Under the pieces are notes generated by a model that made no database searches, was not told the origin of the DNA, and saw nothing but the letters and a program-made list of their open reading frames with translations. A DNA stretch of 64,000 bases, from positions 193,407 to 257,406 of the forward strand of contig DF237009.1 of the NCBI GenBank assembly GCA_000708835.1. The letters are read 5' to 3'. The position numbers were made by a program, and so were the translations under genes. The DNA is from Klebsormidium nitens (Eukaryota > Plantae > Klebsormidiophyceae). Shown one piece after another: positions 56,980 to 64,000 of this stretch (position 1 is its first letter; each line of letters begins with the position of its first letter).

Positions 56980-59900
56980 CTACTCAAAGCGGGTGTGCAT
57001 GCCCTTCGGCGCGGGCAGGCCCCGCAGTTTCCCCTCTTCTTCCTCTTCCACCTCGCCGTCCGAGTCGAACCTCACGTGCGAGCCCTCGTGCGCCGGCAGC
57101 CCGCGCAGAACAACAGGCCCGTCTGCGACTTGCAGCGACTCCATGACGTCACAGATGACGTCGAGGGACTCCGAGTCGAGCGCAGTCTCCTTGGTGGGCG
57201 ATTCCGGCGGGGGCGATCCGGTGGAGTACCAGGCCGGAACGGGGAACTCTTGCGGGGCGGCAGGCGCGGAACCCGCGGCGGCCTTTGCAGGGGAGGGCTT
57301 CTTCTCCTGAGAGAGAAAGCAGTCAGGTCAGTGCATGGGCTTGGAAGGGGCACGCCTGACGAACTAAGAAACTAGTGGCTTCGGATCGATTCTACCTTTG
57401 CTGAAATTGCTAGTATGGACGAGCGAACATATCTGGAGGAATTCGCTTCGTCCTAAGCTTTTAACATCCTCGAACAGTTAAAACGCATCGCCGGTCATCG
57501 TCTACCGAGTTTCTGTGGCTCGCGTCGTGTACACATTTTGTTCCGACTTCGCAGAAACAGCCCACCTACGTGACAGCTAGTACCGAAATACTCTGTGCAC
57601 TCATTCCTCTAGTTGTATTTCTTGTGTCTCCTTTGCTGCAGTCGCCGACTGCGCCCCTTTGCTCCAAAATCAATAGTGCGAGTTGTGCCTTGCGCGGGTC
57701 TCACCTTTTGCTTCTTGGCCGACTCGTTGTGCAGCGCCCTCCTCAGCAGCGGCAGCGTCGCCCCCACAACCCGCTTGCCCGCCGCCAGCTTGGGCGACAG
57801 CGGCGGAACCCCTAGCGCTTTCTTCGGGCCAGCGTCCTCCAGCACGACCGTGGGAAGGTCTTCGAACAGCGAGGGCTTGCCGGCGGCCGCGGCGTGGCGC
57901 CGCCATGCGACACGTGGCGCGGGGACGGGGCTGAAGACGCCGAGGGCCAGCGGGAGCTTCATCAGGGGGATGGTCGAGACTGCGGCAGAAGAGGACACAT
58001 GTTTTGGCTGCCGTGTCAAGGCAAAGGAGGTGTCGTCAGAGTTACTCGCTTGTCTTTTCCGCCCTTGAGACGAGACTGGACATTAAAGTGATCTTTTCGC
58101 CGTTGAGAAAACATGTAGGTTTCCAAAGGCACGTCTCACCTGAAAGAAACTCTTTTCTTGGTTCGTCCACAAAGTTCGTCGAGGAACGACGTCAGACTAG
58201 GTCGACAGTTCAACTCAATAATTTTGGGATAGCTGAAGACACCCCGGAGAAAAGACACCCAGACGAGAGCCGCTTGAAAAGCAGAGAGCGGAGTTTCCAA
58301 ATTGAGTCTATCAACCAGTCTCAAGCTCAGGACTCATGAAGTTGCTCCCAAACAACATCAACGAAACGCGAAAAGAATTCCTTGTCATACCATCCGGTCC
58401 CGTAGGAAAACTTGTCTGAGACTTTTCAGACCCACCTTGAGACGGCGCTTCCTCCTTCGGCCCGGACGGGCCCTCCTTTCGCTCAGCGTCGGAATCGGCG
58501 TCCGGTCCGTACCCATCCGTGTCACCGCCCGGTACGTACCGCTCGGGGCTGCTGACGTTGACTTCCATGGACCACTGCAGCTGGTGCTGCTGGACGCCAG
58601 ATGCCGGGCTGTTCGAATTCAGCAGCGGCGACCAAACGTCCGCATCCTGCAAGAGAATGGTCGCCGAATCTGAGCAAGCAGAAATTTCCCGCGTGACAGA
58701 AATACTGTCTTTTCGAGAATGGAAGGCCACGCCTTGACGACCGGATTTGGCAGCAGAGAGCAGACGTCCGCATCCTGCGCTAGAATCGTCGACTTCGCAA
58801 AACGTTGGATGAGCAGGCGAAAGGAAGAAAAGAACTTGAGACGTTTCCGTCTTAGAAGCACCTTCAAAAACGTGACCGCTGAAGGTTTGAAACTGCCCTT
58901 GAAACTGCCTGCTCGAAGAAGCCAACAACCTGTGTTGATTGTTTTGTTTAAGCTGAAACCGGTTTTTTGCTCGTCACACAAGCTGCATTCTTTGGAGCCC
59001 CTCCTCTGGAGAGTCAACGACCCCCGAAATGAGCTTTTGCTCGGACCGACCAGATCACTCTATTCAGTTCAGGACCCCCTTCCAAACACCGTTGCGCACA
59101 AAAGATTTGCGTTCCTGGGACGACCAGAGCGCTCGATATGGTATCGAAGGGAAAAGTGCTTCTCAACCAAGGTCCGCTTTCAAAGCCTGCAGAATCCATT
59201 CACGTCAGCAAAACCGTTCGGGACTCCCTCCTCCGGGAACGTCACCACGACCATTGCTTCACAGACGCCTGCTCGGAACGACCGGAAGGCTCATTTCTAA
59301 GATAGACAAAACGACTTCCAGAAACGGAATTCTCAAAACGCAGTCCGCGCATTCCCCCTCACCTCAGCAGCATCGTTTGCGGATCCCTCCTCTGGAGATG
59401 GCACCACGACCACGGACTTGAGGCGCCTGCTCGGGACGACCGGGGTGCGGACGAGCAGCGCGGTGGGGCTGTCCGGATCACTATCCGCATCAAAACGGAG
59501 CGCCCGGGTGATGCTGTGCGAGGTGGGGGGCGGGGAGCCCTCGTCGTCGGTCTCTTCCGCTGCATGCTCTGCAAGGCCAAGAGAGCATTGGTCAACACTG
59601 ACGAGAAGGTGGTTGATGTTGACAGTATATCCACGAGGCTTACGAGAGGAGCAAGTAGCCACAGCATGCCTTTAAAATGGGGGTCCCTAGTCGTTTTGCA
59701 GCGTGCTCTGCAAGAAAGATTGACATTTGTTTGATAAGGCATATGCCTAGGAATCGTGATTCGGAATGCTGAAATGGTTGTGGTTCACAGCATGCTCTGC
59801 AAAAAGATACAAGACAATGTTGAGGAGGGGCTTTTGCTTCGACGCTACGAGTCAGATTGTACAGAGTGGAGCTGTCGGACGTGAAAGTTGGTCGAAAGGT

Positions 59901-62900
59901 CTGAAGGTAGCGGTCGATGTTGATTGCTTCTGCTTAGTTCTGTCAAAGGAAGACGTAGTGTCTTTCCGAGCATCCGAGATACGTTGGACCTTTTATAGGA
60001 ACAGATTGATGTGGAGACCCAATGGGCACACCGTATCAGCCGGAAAATCTGGATCCGTAACCGCTCAACAACACGGTTCTGCTGCATCAAGTGACAACAG
60101 CTTCATTTCGTTCCTTCGGCCTCGTTTGTCACCAGCTTTCAGCACAAAAGCCATCGAGAATGATCTAACATTTGGTATCTTTGTAAGACGTGATTCTGTT
60201 CTAGCCGAAGCCACCCCGGACAACGAATGCGGGGTGCAAACACACCTAGCATAAACACTGGCGAGCGGCTTCCTTTCGGACGAAATCTGTCCACTGTACA
60301 GGTGAGAGTCGCAATACTTCCTCTCTTTCAAATATTTCAATCCAAGAGCCGAATTCTGCACTCAAGATCTCTAAAGAAGAGAAGTATTCTCTTTTAAAAT
60401 GAAGGTTTCGAATCCGAACGCAAGCCTTGAAGCCCACCTGTCTCCAGCTTCTCGATCGCCGCCGCCAGCAGCCGCCCCGCGCTCTCCTGCAAGCCCTTGT
60501 TCACGCTGCCTCCGAGCGCCACCTCAATCTCTGAGGAAGATGACGTCACAGGAGTGTTTGCTGGCGTGGGGGCCTTCTTGGTGGCGGAGCAGGGGCTGTA
60601 CACGGAGGGCGCGTCGTCGGAGGGGAGCTCGAGCAGCGGGAGAGGGGCGAGCTCGGGCTGCTTCTCCAGTAGAGCGCGCACCTAGGGAGATGGCATCGGA
60701 GCGGTGTGAGATATCTGATCGTGACGACTTGAACTCTTTTGGACGCAAGGGGAATATTTGGGATGTGTGTCCGACAACTTTTTCCTGAGGGAGGGCTTGA
60801 AGACAAGTGGAGGGAACAGAGGGTGACAGAGAAAGTGGGGGCTGCTTTCTGAAAGAGGTCGTGCACCTGGAGAAGAAAGGAAGCGCAACTCGAGGAGGGG
60901 TGTCCAGGTTCCGAAGTGAAAGTTGCTCGTGAGAGAGATGAGGAAGTTCTACGGCACAGCTTCGATTTCCGTCTGGGCTTACTTCTGGTTCTGGACAGGA
61001 AGCTGAAAGGCTGAATGGATGGTGAAGGAGGGAACTAGAGCGGGTTGTTTGTCACGGAGACCTTGCAGAAATAGGTGAGCATGGATCTGAAAATGTTAAT
61101 TGCAAAGCCGATGGGGTATGGGGCACGAGCAGGCCCGATTTTCTTTTTGGGTGTGTTTCCAGACGCGGACAGTGGGCCTGCAACAAAATGTCTAAAGACC
61201 TATTGTCAGAACTCCAAGTACACGAGAGCCACTCTGCGTACAGCTGTCCACAATAGATCGGGCGCAGAATGGATTTCAAAAGGCCTGAAAATGAAAACTG
61301 GAGAATCTAAGACACGGAGGCTGTGCAGCAAAGTCTGCACTGCCTGCATTGAGAGCAACTCGACTTCTCGTGAAAGAAGCGGACTTAACGCAAGCAAAGG
61401 CTTGAGCCCTTGCTGGGGCAGTCCAAGCTGTCAAGGCTCTCTGTATGCAACTAAGCCAAGTAATGCCCAAATGGGTCAATCCTTTCATTGTTCTCATGAG
61501 AAAGACGAGAAGTGCAACTAAGTGCAAAGTCGACAACCTGCGTCTCCTGCCAGAACATCTAGGTACATCATAGAGAGTCCTCGAATTCTGCCAGCCTAAG
61601 TGTTCACTGGGATCCATGTCAATGTATCTCGGGCACTGCAGAACTGGTCAAACCTTGCGCTCAGCTCAGACGAGCTATACGAGCGCCAGCTGTTAGGTTC
61701 TATTGAAAGTCGTGGCAACCAAAAAAGTGCGAACTCTGATGGTTGAGAAAAGAGGAACCCGATTGAGCAACTTAGTAATTAATTGCTGGGGCTTATGAAA
61801 GTCTGCAAACGAGAAGCTCTCAACAAGTCTCCAGGCGCACTGTTCTCCCTCCCGTTCTGCATCCCCCTTGGCACTCATCAACAAAAGAGGAGAGATCCCA
61901 GCCTCATCAAACGGAACAGTCACGGGTCCTGTGTACTACTGAAACCCCAAGTGACGAACCACATTCCAGCATCCCCTTGTGCACGTATAATGATAGGTCT
62001 GTCGCAGACCAGCAAATGCCATACGCACCTGAGACCGAAGCACCTCTTCTCCATCCTGTTGTGGCGAGCCGGGCCCTGACTTGGCAGGGGTGCGCTTCAG
62101 ACGGCTCTGAGTTTGCAGCTTGCCAGGCACGATCCCGGCAATTGGGGAATTGCTGTTGGTCAGGTCGCAGAACGGGGCGCGCTCTTTGCTGTCTGCTGGA
62201 GCATCTGCCTTCTTCTTGGACTTTGCCTGGGAAGTGAAGGGCTTCTCTGCAAGTGGATCAAGGAAAGAAAGCTTTGGATTTAAGAAACTTGCAGCCTGGA
62301 TGAGATCCCTTCATAGGATCGAAGGTTTCATGGCCGAATCCATGGTCAAAAGTTGTGTGGTGCAAGGGTGAAGGACATAAGAAGGATTGTATCTAGGGCG
62401 GATGTATCATGAGGAGTCTAACTGCACAGTCCCTTAGGAAGTTCAGGTCCCAGGAAAGTTTCCTGGACAAAAGCTGCAACTAGAGTACAGAAGTAGTGCA
62501 TGGTGGGCGCCGTTGCTGAAATATGCAGTGGAGACAAGCTGACACATCGTTAGTTCGTAGAGCTCTGGAGCAGACTGCAAAGACAGACTCGTTGAAATGG
62601 TGAATTGCCTTTCTGCCTAATCTTGCTGTGGTCCTTCTGAACAGAAACACCTTGCCTTTCCATGCACCCTCGGATTGCCGATGTCTGGGAAAACCCTTGA
62701 AAGACGGGATACATTCCACACTGCGAGTGCTCCTATGCAGGCTCGACTGAAATATGCAAAGCTTCCAGCAAGGCAGCCTTTACGTTGACAAAACAAGCAT
62801 TAGATGTGTGCTCTTCTTCGCAACAGCAACCATAGCAGCCCGATAGAAGCAGCTTGTTCAGGAACGTGGAACCCCCTTGTTGCCATTATGACAAAATCAC

Positions 62901-63015
62901 TCCACAGTAGGCTACAGCCTAAGGAGGAGACGTTGGCAATCAGGTGCTCACCGGCAGTGTTTGGCTGAGAGCGTGCCCTGCTTCTGGTCAGCCTTTGCAT
63001 TGTTGGGGTATCCAT
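56980..63015 (-). CDS. Disordered protein resembling the land-plant mitosis-associated family recalled as Arabidopsis AT5G66230-like
   Basis: MDTPTMQRLTRSR (63015, ends G|gtgag), exon 62246-62029 RAPFCDLTNSNSPIAG...GEEVLRSQ|VRALLEKQ, APTPANTP, ITRALRFD, WSMEVNVS, LDVICDVMESLQV, GLPAHEGSHVRFDSD, LRGLPAPKGMHTRFE* (stop 56980). The motif order matches my recollection of that family; the locus ID is from memory and unverified. Confidence 0.75.
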
Positions 63016-63372
63016 CTTCGCTGTTCACCACCTTCCCTGACAGCCCCTCCTCCTGGGTTTCAAGCCTCCTTGCTCAAGAGCGTCTCAAAGCGTTCAAGCA
63101 CTCAGCAATGCAAACAGCCTCCTCGCGTGTCACTTGTCACTCTTGTCTCTTGTAGTGGCAGCACTCTTGTTCAGCCCTTTGCAGACTGCAACATTCAAGA
63201 CGTTCCACAAGAGCGGCTAACGTCACTGAGGCAGTATGAAGCAGAGGAGTATTTGAACCTTCTTTGTGGCACAGAGCTGTCTCCTTTGCTCTCCCCTCTT
63301 GCCTCCTGGAGGACCTCCTCTTTGGCTTTCTTCGGACTTCCTCCTTGAAGCAGTCGTTTGTATGACGAAGCT

Positions 63373-63473
63373 AGCCGTTGACAGGGGATGAAGATTGTGT
63401 GCAGTCACGCCATCGACGGTTTAACTCAGCTGAGCCATAAACCTGCTGGGGGCGGCGCCTATAACCGTCGATG
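63373..63473. promoter_or_regulatory. Cluster of MSA-like (MYB3R) elements upstream of the 63015 gene
   Basis: TCAACGGCT on the minus strand at 63373-63381; CATCGACGGTT at 63411-63421 and its exact reverse complement at 63463-63473. Confidence 0.45.
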
Positions 63474-64000
63474 TTCTACGCGCGAGCGGCCTGCTGGCTC
63501 TAGCCCGACCATTTATCTGATCCAGCGCGCGCGGCAACGCGCCACATTTTGATACACGCGCCTTGCATTTCAACCACCAGCAATTTGTTGGCATGTGAAA
63601 TATCCGGATTCCGGACTCGGAGCGACCGCGCTGTGCGCTAGGAGGGACTCATCATCGGCCCGGCCCTACTCCTGCCCTACTGCCGGCCCCCCTTACATAT
63701 AAGTGCAGAACTCCCACTAAACTTTGTCAATTTCAGCTGGGTTTTTTGCTCCAGTCTTTTTTTTTTTTTTTGTATGAATAATCTGGCCACACGCAGCTCG
63801 TCATCAGGAGTCTGCGGACTGGCACACCGCTTTGGAGCGGATTTTCAAGTCAACTTTCTGGTACCGCTTCTAACGCTGCGGTGTACTGGATCTAGCACGT
63901 TTCCGAACATGCCGCTCATCTATGAGCGGAGCACCAGTGGTGGTGTTGACTGCTTCTCGAGTGGAGGCGCTCCTCTTCTTGGCGACATACTGCCATGACA

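Noticed and set aside
61345-61428. Candidate extra exon LGLPQQGLKPLLALSPLLSREVELLSMQ in the 56980-63015 gene
   Set aside because: The junction GEEVLRSQ|VRALLEKQ (62029 to 60681) already restores the conserved motif without it.
63774-63998. 74-aa plus-strand ORF after a TATA-like site (~63695) and a poly-T tract
   Set aside because: Probably 5' UTR or first exon of a gene beyond the window; no product can be supported.

Overview
Intron-rich, GC-rich eukaryotic genomic DNA with one assembly gap (18558-18810). Gene content and intron style best fit a streptophyte green alga such as Klebsormidium (inference). Eight multi-exon genes could be rebuilt by hand with phase-consistent splice sites: (1) a DCD domain + long disordered linker + TRF4/TENT4-type non-canonical poly(A) polymerase (2884-12557 +), continuous only after a +1 frame change near a C9 run; (2) a TBL/PC-esterase O-acetyltransferase; (3) a canonical NRP/B2-type DCD protein; (4) a bacterial-type polyphosphate glucokinase with a transit-peptide-like N-terminus; (5) PMS2 (plant PMS1); (6) a degenerate mitochondrial-carrier-like protein; (7) a BTB protein whose N-terminus is an in-register histone H3 tail look-alike; (8) a probable mitotic disordered protein with MSA-like promoter elements. 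Weakly supported coding exons lie at the left edge. Non-coding features are a hAT-type MITE (8-bp TSD), a 3-bp-TSD MITE, a G-rich foldback repeat family, and many degenerate intronic copies of exon ends with their splice sites, seen in at least four genes. The best candidates for undescribed biology are the DCD-TENT4 fusion, the H3-tail-BTB fusion, the likely plastid-targeted PPGK and the exon-boundary echoes. No database searches were run, so family assignments rest on motif recall.
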